NCBI GenBank assembly: GCA_002104905.1
Contig: MCFE01000014.1
Location: 193,941-257,940 of the forward strand
Direction: 5' to 3'
Length of the DNA stretch: 64,000 nt
Origin: Basidiobolus meristosporus CBS 931.73
Taxonomy: Eukaryota; Fungi; Basidiobolomycota
The position numbers and the translations under genes were made by a program. Every line of letters begins with the position of its first letter. The stretch's first letter is position 1. Under the pieces are notes generated by a model. It did no database searches. It saw only the letters and a list, made by a program, of their open reading frames with translations, and was not told the origin of the DNA. Below are positions 13,401 through 23,454 of the stretch, one piece after another.

Positions 13401-14433
13401 TCAGTGTATGGCTTCCTTCACTGCTTCTAAGGTTTACTTGGATAGTTCCTACTCCCACTGCATCAAGTGTTCTATCATCACCCATGAAAACCTTCTTAGT
13501 TGGAATTTCTTGATATTGGGTAAAAAGCTCTTTTTGGTGTGTAAAGTGTTGAGAAGCTCCAGAGTCAATATACCACATCTGAGAATCCTTGTTTGTGGTC
13601 ATATTTAGTGCAGATATGAATAGTCTATCTTCAGTTGTTGCAGCATTTCCATATTCAGGCTTCTTTTGCTAATTATCTTTCTTTTTGAGACACTGGTCTG
13701 ATGTGTGTCCTTTCCTTTTGCAGTAGTTGCAAAATAGGTTGCTGTTGCCTTTGTAGGGTCTTGGATACCTCCTTTGTTGGTTATCATTGCTTATTAAAGC
13801 ACTTTTTTCTTCCTTCTTATTGGCGCTTGATTTACTTAATTCTTCATCCAGGAGCCTTCCATATATGTAATTTAAGGTCAAATCTTCAGTTCTGGACTCT
13901 AGGGCTGATACAAGGCCCTGAAACTTGTCTGTCAGGCTATTCAGGATGGTAACTATCACATCCTCATCAGTAGTTGGTACGCCCACAGATTCCATCTCAT
14001 CTACCAGCAGGGTAATTCTGTTAATTAGATTTTTCATTTTTTCTCCTGGCAGCATCTTTTTAGTAAAGAATTTTCGTCTCAGATACATCTTCTTGGCAGC
14101 TGAACATGACTGGTAGGTGTCTTCCAATACTTTCCAGGCATTCTTTGCCATTTTTGCTCTTGAGCATTGAATTAGCAATTTGTCCTTGACATTAAGGCAA
14201 ATGCAGTTAAAGGCACTTTGTTCTTTCTTCTGGTACTTTAAGGCTTCCTCTCCCATGTTTTTAGGAGGGCATTCTTCTCCCATGACAATATCCCAAAGGC
14301 CTCTTTCTTGTAGCAGCATCTTCATCTTCACCTTCCACACTTGGTAGTTAGAGCCATCCAACTTTTCAGCAGAGGGAAAAATTCCAGTAATAGCAGTAGT
14401 AGACATTGCAGAGAGTGACAGCTTGGGGCTCAT
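10466..14433 (-). pseudogene. Copia gag-pol polyprotein, disrupted
   Basis: Gag Zn knuckle CNYCKRKGHTSDQC; protease WYIDSGASQH; integrase WHRRFGH..CEAC, DLIHSD, IRSDNGGEY; RT MDVKTAFLNG and LYEDDLI (YVDD changed to YEDD); RNase H GYSDADW. In-frame stops at 13669 and 11908 and a 1-bp frameshift near 11850. Confidence 0.95.
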
Positions 14434-14667
14434 AACCTGTTGTAAGAGTCTTGGAGATATTGGAAGTGATTTGGAGAACAAGTAGATTATGTGGTTCTCA
14501 CCTAATGATTTATTGAATGTAAAAGTAGTGTTTATACTTTTACATGGTCTTGGCATAGCAAACATGTAGGATATGCTTATCAATGTCCCAAGAGCATCTG
14601 TGCAAAGTTCATGGCTGTTTAAACAACTTATCTAATTTGTAGGTAACAATGTAGGTGACTAAGTTAG

Positions 14668-14999
14668 TGTTGTAAAAATTTGTATTTCCACCTAAATATT
14701 CACCTAACTTGGTCACTTAGATCATCACCTTCAAATCCTAGAGAATACTGACCAAATTCCTTGTTGGGATTTACTTAGAATATTTACCCAGAACATGAAA
14801 ATTAGATAAGTTGTCCAAACAGCCCCAAACTTTGCACACATGTTCTTGGGACCTTCCTTAACCTATTCCACATGTTTGTAATGCCAAGACCAGGTAAAAG
14901 TATAAATACTACTTTTACATTCAATAAATCATTAGGTGAGAACCACATAATCTACTTTTTCTCCCAATCACATCCAACATATCCAGGACTCTTACAACA
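14668..14999 (+). repeat. Family-A LTR in opposite orientation abutting the truncated 5' LTR, followed by two more LTR termini (ending 15051 and 15093)
   Basis: TGTTGTAAAA...CTTACAACA; the first ~65 bp are the exact reverse complement of the LTR end at 10390-10454. Confidence 0.9.
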
Positions 15000-15134
15000 A
15001 AACCTGCTTGCTCTGTCAGTTGCTTCCAATATCTCCAAAACTCTTACAACAGTTCTCCCAGTCACTTAATGTTTGTCTGAAGCTCTTACAACATGGAATA
15101 CCTGTTATCTTGGTGAAATATGCCAAGTAATTTC

Positions 15135-15681
15135 TGTTGTAAGAGTCTGGGAGATATTGGAAATGATTGGGAGAACAAGTAGATTATGTGGTTGTCACTT
15201 AATGATTTATTAGACTTGTTCCATCATTCCAGCTGATCATGGTGCCCAATAGTGCCATAGCATGCCAGATGGTGCCTGATCATGCCACAGAGTGCCAGAT
15301 GGTGCCATACAGTGCCAACTTGGGATCAAAATTGACATGCATATGACCCTAAAATATTGAATTAATAACAAAATATACAGCACTTTCTGGCACTGTGACC
15401 AATGGTACAATGGAACAAGTCTATTGAATGTAAAAGTAGTATTTATACTTTTACATGGTGTTGGCATTACAAACATGTAGAGTAGGTTAAGGAAGGTCCT
15501 TAGAACATGTGTGCAAAGTTTGGGGCTATTTGGACAACTTATCTAATTTTCATGTTCTGGGTAAATATTCTAAGTAAATCCCAACAAGGAATTTGGTCAG
15601 TATTCTCTAGGATTTGAGGGTAATGATCTAAGTGACTAAGTTAGGTCAATATTTAGGTGGGATTACGAATTTTTTACAACA
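15135..15681 (-). repeat. Solo LTR (family A) carrying a MITE
   Basis: TGTTGTAAG...TTACAACA with perfect TSD ATTTC (15130-15134, 15682-15686). Confidence 0.92.
15212..15422. mobile_element. 211-bp MITE with 13-bp TIRs and 3-bp ATT TSD
   Basis: TIR AGACTTGTTCCAT / ATGGAACAAGTCT. Other LTR copies show the empty site GATTTATTGAATG, which defines the ATT duplication (15209-15211, 15423-15425). Confidence 0.88.
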
Positions 15682-16499
15682 ATTTCAACAAGGAGCTTGT
15701 CCAGAATTCTCTGAGATATTTATACTATGCTCTGAGTTGCCAAGTCAAGTGAGTACTTGTATATTCTTGTCTGCCAAATAGCTGGAATATAATACATCAG
15801 CAGTTGCAGGTTTTGACACTTGGAACTCTGCCAACATTACAATGGTTTTCTACTGGCCTTTGTTTACATTTTTTCTTAGGGACTTTAGCTGAACTTAAAG
15901 CAAGCCTATAAGTAAATTATCAAAGATCAAATTTGTAAGATATTTTCAAAGGGAGAGCCAGGTAGCTATTAAAATTTCCCAGGCTTGTCTAAAAGCCCCT
16001 GGGCTTTGCACATTTCTTGCAGGGACCATACTTTGAGTGTACTTATCATTTTTAAGAGCTCTCATGACAGTTCCAATGCTTAATTTGATATCAATTTAAC
16101 AACTAGCAAATATTGTAAAATACTTCTAGTTCCGTAAATAGCCCTGAATACTCCCTGGAGTCTTGCAGTATAGGTCTGTTGGGTCAGTTGAACATTAGTG
16201 CTGCAGTTAGTAAGATTTACATAGATATATGGACGCACATCTCATGAGTGTACTTACAAGACCATCCATAAAGCCCTCGTGCCTATTGTTCATAGTGTTC
16301 AACAGCAAAGTAATATCCAATAATGATATCAAGTTCAGCAAGGTACATAAAGAGCTATAGTTCATTTATATAAGACAAGGCGAAACCTGTAATTTTGACT
16401 ACAAAACGCCGGATGGTTCTTAATACTGATTGCCAGTGCTCAAACTTTTCAATTTTTACTCCTCTTGGAGTAATATCCAGATGATTACTTATTAGCACC

Positions 16500-18850
16500 C
16501 TTCTGAATAACAGAGCAGTTAGTAACCGGGAGAGATTTGTTATGTTCAGAAGAGCTTATTAAAATGACACAATGATTATACGGGATTATATAAAAGTCAG
16601 GTGTGAGCTTACTAGATCAGTACTGTAAAATATTGCAAGGAATGACCTCTCCTTTGTCCATGAATCTCTCATAAACCCATACTAATAGGTTGTCAAGTAT
16701 GCATATTGCTCTTGCGAGACTGGGCGAGGTCTACTGTGAGATGCATTGGGTTGAGTCTTGGGAGAGGGTATGTAGGAATTGGAAAGTTTCTGTGACTTCC
16801 AAAAGTTCGAATTCTGATTAATCGCCAACCAGCGTCTGAAGTTGACCTACATGAAAAGCTATGGGGTCCATTGAGGCCCAGACACAAAATATAGGGGAGT
16901 TTCATTAACTAATGGACACTAACTACTTAGTACAAGTACTATATCTTAAGGTTTCTTGGCGAAATCCTCGGGTTAGAGTACACCACAAATGTGGCTGACT
17001 GATAAGATAAATTGCTAGACATTCGCATGGGCTAATCACTCCCGTAGCTGTAGGAAAATACGGGTAGGAAGCTAGAGGGCGTTAGCTTTGCGTCTGGGAG
17101 AGCAATTTCTCGAGTCATATTAGTGAGTTCATTCCAAGGAGTACTTAGCGATATACCGTAGAAGGTAAATCCGATTGAGAAATAAATTGCAGGTACTATG
17201 AATCTCTACCGCCCCTTCCAAACCTGCCAAGCAAGTCTATTTGAATTCTTGGCAAGATCGGTGACATGTGACAATTGTTTGTTTTTGGATACCTGCGAGC
17301 TTAGTAACTTGGGGCTTGCAAAGATGCTGAGTAATGATGCAACAGTTGCTGCGAACCCGCTGGCACCACGAAAATTGGTTTCTGTATGTGCAAAACTGGA
17401 AATGAAATTGGCCCAGTTTGGCATCCAATATCCATCCACGCACCTGATAAATGCAAGACAATGATTTAGCCTAATTAGGAAACACAATGAGTTGGGTGCG
17501 TAGATTATATGAAAGTGCCATCCTCCGGATGAATAGATCGAGGGCTGGTGTTGATAAGAGGATCAGTTGCCCAGCTCAAGAGCTAAACCACTCTATGCTT
17601 TGCCAAGAACTGATGACGAAAGTACAGCGAAGCCGTTGGCGTTGATATGGCTGAATATTGCCCCTCTATGCAGTTTTTTAGTCTGGCCAGACTCTAGACA
17701 CCTCTGAACAGCTTCATGGGAGTCTGAGAGGTTGGCTGAGACACCAATTAATCCACCCAAAGCTGCTCAAACAAATGATATTTGAGCAACTAGCATATGA
17801 CGCTCTTGCCTTCTAAACAGCGGCTATATTTGTAATGTTATAGATAGAACTGGATGTTCCAATCAAACATCGGTGTCATATATGGCTACGATCAGGAGTG
17901 CCATGGATTCCCCGAAGATATAGGCCAATAGAATTGCCGTTGGAATAGGCCATCCATGAAGATCACGAATGGTATCATCAGATGTTGCATCGGGATATAT
18001 ACTAAATCGAGAGTGCTCCTCTCGAAACTCACCTATTGAATTGCAACTGTTCCACGACCAGTGGTTGTGTGAAGATTAATTTTTGTTATGATTCTTATTA
18101 AATGCGTATGGCCCTTTATTAGTTAGAAACAAGACGAGTGTCACAATGTAACACTGTCTATGACATGACAAGCAGAGGTCAAGATGAAATTTAACTTCTG
18201 GCATCTGCGCAACCATCTGTATCGTAGTCTGGATTACTAAAAATCTACACAACAGCAGCTTCGTCGTTGCGGTTCAGTGGCCAATACGGTTCGAGACATC
18301 AAGTGGCATATGGCCGAATATTCGTGTTGCGGTAATCAAAAAATCGCCCAACACGAAGCGTGATAATTGGCATGCAGGTGGACTCAAAGTTACTCAAGTG
18401 GGAGTGGTGGGGAAGCCAGAAATCTGCCACGTATCCGTGTTCAGAGCAAGTTTAATGTGAGTCCTGGCCAGATAATCCTCCAGCAATCAGTAAACTTGAT
18501 TCCATCACTGGTAGCTGCCTGATGAGAGTCGTAGTTAAGAGCACGGCAACTCAGTGCCATTTCTTAACAGCTAATATGTCGCATACGAGTCGAAGCTACT
18601 TAGGTTCTGTGCCTCCTCGCTATAAGAGAATTCCTGATAATTGATAGGATCTTGCATACCCGATAAAAATGCAATGGAGGGAGTATTGTGATTCTAAAGC
18701 TTACCATCAGCATCGTGCGTGGCTAGCAATATTATATGTTAATATCACCATGCTGGCAAGTCTAAACATGAGTTTGTAACATCGTTTTGGTATCACAATT
18801 CTATTCGTGGATATATTTAATCTCTGATCACGCAGCTGATGCCAACATGA
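16500..18850 (-). other. Candidate decayed endogenous viral element: Mononegavirales-like L polymerase
   Basis: Ordered degenerate motifs: AVKKW (18557-18571), QKL (18192-18200), KGHTH at the QGDNQ position (18102-18116), LGGL (17749-17760), WATDP (17559-17573), LAKNSNRLAWQVWKGR (17209-17256), SLARAICILDNLLVWVY (16671-16721). Many stops and frameshifts. Confidence 0.5.
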
Positions 18851-19568
18851 TGCTATTGGGGAAGGCGCATATCACTATGGCGGCCATGAGCGTTATCGTT
18901 TGTCAACTTATCGGAATTTCCAAACCTGGCCAGCACGCCTTTCACTTATTTTTATCTGCTCTATAGCAGAAACTTGATTGGTGCCGCCATCGCTATGGAC
19001 TGTTTTAAAGGAGCCCTTGGGAGTTGATTTGGTAACGTCGAGGAAATGGCGACCTTCAAGGTGTTTTTAGGGTTGCATTTCGAAACGTCCTGAGGCCTAG
19101 TCTCAGTCAACAGCTGCATGGCCGAGTGCCTGATTGTTGGCAGCCTTTCTAGCTGGAGTGTTTTTTATCACTTATTCCATTCCAGTTTGCCTGCGAGTTC
19201 ACTTTCTGGCGCCAATAGAATGGCAATTAATTGGCACGTTCTCCGAGTGCAATGGAAATCTCAAGCAACGAAGCGTAATATTTTTCTATGGATACCGTGG
19301 ATTAAAACCATGGGTATTTCTGGCATATTTCCATCTATGGATGTGTAACACTCTCCCCTATAGAGGATGAGCCGGGTTATACCGCTAAAGGAAGAATCTA
19401 TGTTACCTATGATAATTGGCGCTACTAGCCAAGGATGGATCCTAGGGTATCGACGACTTGCTATAAAGGAGCCCATCGAGTGGCCGGCTGCGAAATACCA
19501 GCAGCATTATTCCGTTTCTTTTGTTTAAGGTCTTGTTTTTTGACACCGTTAGCTTCGGCAGTTGAGAT

Positions 19569-21236
19569 ATGAAAAGTATTCCCAACTCAGCCAGATACGG
19601 CTGTAGAGCCAGTCGTGTGGCCAAATATGTATTCATCATTGCTCTTATCTTTTGCATCATCATATCTTTGCTAGGCTTTGTCAATGTTGACAGAGACTAT
19701 ACAAGCTACGTCGAAGGCCTGGCTTCCAGACGAACAAACCCCACTTTAGAAGCCGAAGATGCCCAGTTCCATCCCATGCCCCTCAACGACCTGATACAGA
19801 TGTTCCCTAAAGACACGAACTATTTCCTTTACAACTGGCTTAGTTTCTTAGGATTCAACAATGTACGCTACATGATCGAGCATGCTTACTACTACGGGGA
19901 GCTGATGAATCGCACAGTGGTTCTTCCTCACCGAGTTCACTGTCGATCCTGTCTCCACGAGGGGTATTGCCGCGTACTAGGCCATGCCGTGGACGATTCC
20001 AAGATTATGGATCTACCAGATGGCAAGGATGGTCGGTATCGCTGGAGTATTCCAATTGAGGAGTTTATTGATATGAAGCACATGATGGACAACAGTGGCG
20101 GGAAAATGATCCGGATGCAAGATTTCCTGCGTCTGCAACTCTACTATCAGGATTTAGATCGATACCCTGATGTTCAAGAGGAGAAACGAATTACCTATTG
20201 GAACAACATAGATCCAATCGAATACCTGGAGAGAGTACGGGGTATCATATTCCAGGACGGTAGCGCAGACAACTTCACCCTGGCCTTCCCTGAGTTGTCT
20301 TACGTAGGGGTGGATCGAATCAATGATGTCTGCGCAAAACCGAATTCCGTCGATGATCTAAATCTAGTCAAAGAGAGGGCGGCACAGCGGCTGGAAGCCA
20401 AACAGACTACCGTCGACCTTTACGGGTACCCAGATGAGCCCAACTACAGTGTCCGGGAGTTCGTCACTAAACCCATCTCACTGGAAGAGGTCGAAGGCCT
20501 TATTGGCTTTGCTCAGGAATTCAGCACCGACGTTTATCCACAGAAAATGTTGCACTTTACGGGTCGCTATATTCATTGGTTCCCCCGACGACAGTTCTGG
20601 TTTGCTTCTGAGGAAAACCGCAACAAATACGACGACTTCGTCCTCAATGTCTTCAAGCACCCATACTCGGTCCGAGAGGCCTCCAACCATTTAATTCGTA
20701 ACCTGGAGAGGATTATGATAGGAGCTGGGATCTCTCCAATCGTGGAGAATGTCACCATGGCATCCACAGGTAAACATGTTGAGTTAATTAATTTCCTCGG
20801 AATCCACGCTCGACGCGGTGATTTCATCCGATACAACTGGCTATCGGATTTGTCCTCCACCGAGGCATGGCAGCAGGCAATGGTCAAGTTGACTAGCGCC
20901 TTGAAGAAGCAAAAAGGTCTGAAGATTTTCTACCTTGCCACGGACGAAACCTCACCCGATGCCTTTGACGATCTCTATCAGCACGGAATGATCCGTATCT
21001 ATGATCTGATGGATCAGGAGTTTGTGGCGAAGTACAGCCATTTGGCTACCTTTGGGGACTGGTTAGCGCTCCTAGATCAAGAGGTACTGGCTCGAAGCAG
21101 GTTTTTTGTCCCTACCTATCTAAGCTCTGTCTCCGGCGGGATTCTGAACATGAGGAAGAAACAGGGGGTTGAGGACAGCCCAGCCACCAGAGAATGGATT
21201 AGTACGTTGCTAGAGCAGATGAATATCAGAATGTAA
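19569..21236 (+). CDS. O-fucosyltransferase-family glycosyltransferase, type II membrane protein
   Basis: Intronless 555-aa ORF; N-terminal TM; GFNNVRY...NRTVVLP, GIHARRGDF, YLATDE, LDQEV..RSRFFVPTYLSS. Confidence 0.8.
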   Translation: MKSIPNSARYGCRASRVAKYVFIIALIFCIIISLLGFVNVDRDYTSYVEGLASRRTNPTLEAEDAQFHPMPLNDLIQMFPKDTNYFLYNWLSFLGFNNVRYMIEHAYYYGELMNRTVVLPHRVHCRSCLHEGYCRVLGHAVDDSKIMDLPDGKDGRYRWSIPIEEFIDMKHMMDNSGGKMIRMQDFLRLQLYYQDLDRYPDVQEEKRITYWNNIDPIEYLERVRGIIFQDGSADNFTLAFPELSYVGVDRINDVCAKPNSVDDLNLVKERAAQRLEAKQTTVDLYGYPDEPNYSVREFVTKPISLEEVEGLIGFAQEFSTDVYPQKMLHFTGRYIHWFPRRQFWFASEENRNKYDDFVLNVFKHPYSVREASNHLIRNLERIMIGAGISPIVENVTMASTGKHVELINFLGIHARRGDFIRYNWLSDLSSTEAWQQAMVKLTSALKKQKGLKIFYLATDETSPDAFDDLYQHGMIRIYDLMDQEFVAKYSHLATFGDWLALLDQEVLARSRFFVPTYLSSVSGGILNMRKKQGVEDSPATREWISTLLEQMNIRM

Positions 21237-21763
21237 ATGGCTCCAGAACCACATCCCAATCAAATCAAAGTGTATAAATTTTTAGTGTATTATTCCGATA
21301 TCAACCCATCATCACCTGTATTCACTTAATCCTTCCCGCAGACGGAAGTGACTAATTAGCCTCCAATCTTCAGCGGTTGTTTCCCACCCCCATACTAAAT
21401 AAAGCCTGCGAGGCACATCTAGAGTATTTCTAGCCGTAACCTGCTACAACCTATATGCAGTGCCAAGACTCTCAATGCCAAGAAACCTCAAAGTTCTAAT
21501 AATAGGCTGGGCCTTGCTAGGGTTCCTGGTGATGCTTGGTGACATCAGCGAGCACCAGTTCAAAAATGGGTGGGATCTCAAAAAATCTGCCATGAGCATT
21601 CATTTATACTAAATAAACACAATCAAGCATTAAAGCTCCGTTGTGTTACTTTAATTAAAATCATCCGTAAATCGGATTCACGATTAAGGTATCGATCAAT
21701 CCACCAACCAATCAATAAATAACTAAATTAAACTTATTATATGCCATACGCCACTTGGGGGAT

Positions 21764-22141
21764 CTAGAGGGATACATACAGAGTCACTCTGGGAAGACAG
21801 ACGATGGCACGGACCTTAAGAAGACCAAGTGCATCAACTTTAGCGGTGATGGACTGCTTGAGGATATTGCAGTTATTTGAGACTTGGCTAGCGGCTTGTT
21901 CAATCTCAGCTGGGACAGGCTTGGAAGCATCCAAGCAGACCACTACATCAACGTTGGCAAGATGAGCAACCTGGGCAGTGACTAAGACATTGTTGCATGT
22001 GCTGCTCAAGATAGGACCAACGATAGGCGCAACTGGCTTGACCAATTCGCCGACAACTGGAGCCAGATCAAGAGGCAATGGAGCGGCAAAAGCAACGCTG
22101 AGAAGAGCAGTGAGGCAGACAATGGCGGTGAAGAATCTCAT
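21764..22141 (-). CDS. Small secreted 4-Cys protein (125 aa), paralog 1
   Basis: Signal peptide MRFFTAIVCLTALLSVAFA; mature pattern C-x19-C-x21-C-x23-C; TATA box ~96 nt upstream. Confidence 0.88.
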   Translation of the reverse strand: MRFFTAIVCLTALLSVAFAAPLPLDLAPVVGELVKPVAPIVGPILSSTCNNVLVTAQVAHLANVDVVVCLDASKPVPAEIEQAASQVSNNCNILKQSITAKVDALGLLKVRAIVCLPRVTLYVSL

Positions 22142-22236
22142 ATTATCCAGTAAAGACAGTTGTGGTGAGTAGACCAGGCTGAGTGTAGAAGGAAATGAAG
22201 CTTTGTTGTTGTCTACTGTGGTTTGGCGGCCCAAAA

Positions 22237-22242
22237 TTTATA
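22237..22242 (-). promoter_or_regulatory. TATA box of paralog 1
   Basis: TATAAA on the minus strand, 96 nt upstream of the ATG at 22141. Confidence 0.55.
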
Positions 22243-22986
22243 CCCTTTCGAAGATGCTGCGCAGAAATTGAACTCCAAGTACTCCTAAATGTACATGTAC
22301 CAGCCTAAATTAAAAATGCCAGCTTCCACGGTGGTTTGACATAACGTCTGGATGCGCCCTTACTTTACCATCCTACCTCCCATAATGCATCCGTCTTGAC
22401 AACTGGCTTAGCATATAGCCATGCTGGTTTAGATTTACCCTCTCTAACCAGTCATCAGGTGTCATTGATGGGTGAATGCTGAGGTATTCTCATACATAAA
22501 TTTAATAACACATGCAGTTGGAATAAGGCATCGATTAGGCTTTCGGCTGCTGAATGTAGGGACATGTTTCCATGCCGTAAATGACTTCAGAACTTAGCGT
22601 TACCACCTGGCTTATTTTCCCATATGATCACATACCAGCAACGGATGCAAGTGCCCTTAACACAGCATGATTTAGGGGTAACTCACTAAAACTCTAAACG
22701 GCCATAATGAGATCAAGATTGCTCCATAGCATTGCGATAGCAGTCACCAGCAGGTTCAATCTGGTTAGAGAGGTACTTTAAGTATCAGGGTTGAAAATGC
22801 AGCGCATTGATTTCCATCTTTGCCTGAATGGCTTCCTTTACAATCTTTGTTGATACTGCAGTATGCAATACCCCGCCAAATCTCAACAATCTTGATTGAA
22901 CTGGTATCATCCGAACGTCATATCGTTGGAAAGAGCCCTGCCTCTTGGGCCAATGACACATTGAAATCCGTATCTGCGACATGGTG

Positions 22987-22993
22987 TATAAAA
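22987..22993 (+). promoter_or_regulatory. TATA box of paralog 2
   Basis: TATAAAA 90 nt upstream of the ATG at 23077. Confidence 0.55.
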
Positions 22994-23076
22994 GCCCTGC
23001 TTGGGAACTGACTCCATTCATCATTCAATTGCCAGCCAATCATAACTCAATAGAAACCAGTCTTCTGTTTACAAAC

Positions 23077-23454
23077 ATGAAATTTCTCACCGTCCTCCTC
23101 TGCCTCGCCGCTCTTCTTAGTGTTGCTTTCACTGCACCATTACCGCTTGATCTTGGTTCGGTTGTTGGTGGCTTGACTAGACCCGTCACACCGGCTGCTA
23201 GCTCTGTTCTGCATACCAATTGCAATGATGTTGTGGCCAAGGCCCAGGTTCTCAACCTCGTCAATGTTGACGCAGTAATCTGCTTGGATAGCACCAAACC
23301 AGTCCCTGTCGAGGTTGAGCAAGCAGTTAGTCAGGTTTCTCATGACTGCAACATCCTCAAGAACTCCATCACCGCCAAGATCGATGCCCTGGGGCTTCTT
23401 AAGGTTCGCGCCTTGGTTTGCCTCCCCAAGGTCGTCCTGTATGTTTCCCTCTAA
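23077..23454 (+). CDS. Small secreted 4-Cys protein (125 aa), paralog 2
   Basis: Signal peptide MKFLTVLLCLAALLSVAFT; same Cys spacing; 83/125 identical to paralog 1 by hand count, with no gaps. Confidence 0.88.
   Translation: MKFLTVLLCLAALLSVAFTAPLPLDLGSVVGGLTRPVTPAASSVLHTNCNDVVAKAQVLNLVNVDAVICLDSTKPVPVEVEQAVSQVSHDCNILKNSITAKIDALGLLKVRALVCLPKVVLYVSL

Larger units (their letters stand above)
6784..14667 (-). mobile_element. Near-full-length inactivated Ty1/Copia element (family A)
   Basis: 3' LTR 6784-10454 (split by element B); PPT 10455-10464; RNase H/RT/IN/PR/gag 10466-14433; PBS 14426-14437; truncated 5' LTR 14438-14667. Confidence 0.95.
15094..16150 (-). mobile_element. Decayed Tc1/IS630-like transposase remnant interrupted by the solo LTR
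   Basis: Minus-strand DIKLSIGTVMRALKNDKYTQSMVPARN (HTH-like, about 16030-16090). Removing the LTR plus one TSD joins LLKLLGIFHQDNR (FQQDNA-like second catalytic Asp). Confidence 0.45.

Noticed and set aside
14434-14583. Apparent 50-aa N-terminal extension of gag, and recurring small ORFs MPRP(G/C)KSINTTFTFNK at 5838, 14872, 15237 and 25874
   Set aside because: These are translations of LTR sequence that recur because the LTR recurs; there is no evidence of a conserved LTR-encoded protein.
14990-15093. Regularly spaced CTCTTACAACA repeats resembling a CRISPR-like array
   Set aside because: The repeats are LTR 3' termini, only three units with unequal spacing (52 and 42 bp), in a eukaryotic context with no cas genes.
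6352-17238. AGACTTGCT (6352) and AGCAAGTCT (17230-17238) as TIRs of an 11-kb DNA transposon
   Set aside because: Only 9 bp, the flanks differ (AAT vs ATT), and similar words occur elsewhere (e.g. about 18756).
17940-18060. SSHNH...ATSDDT read as bunyavirus-like motifs B/C
   Set aside because: No QG upstream, and it lies in a different frame from the more extensive Mononegavirales-like motif series; likely chance.
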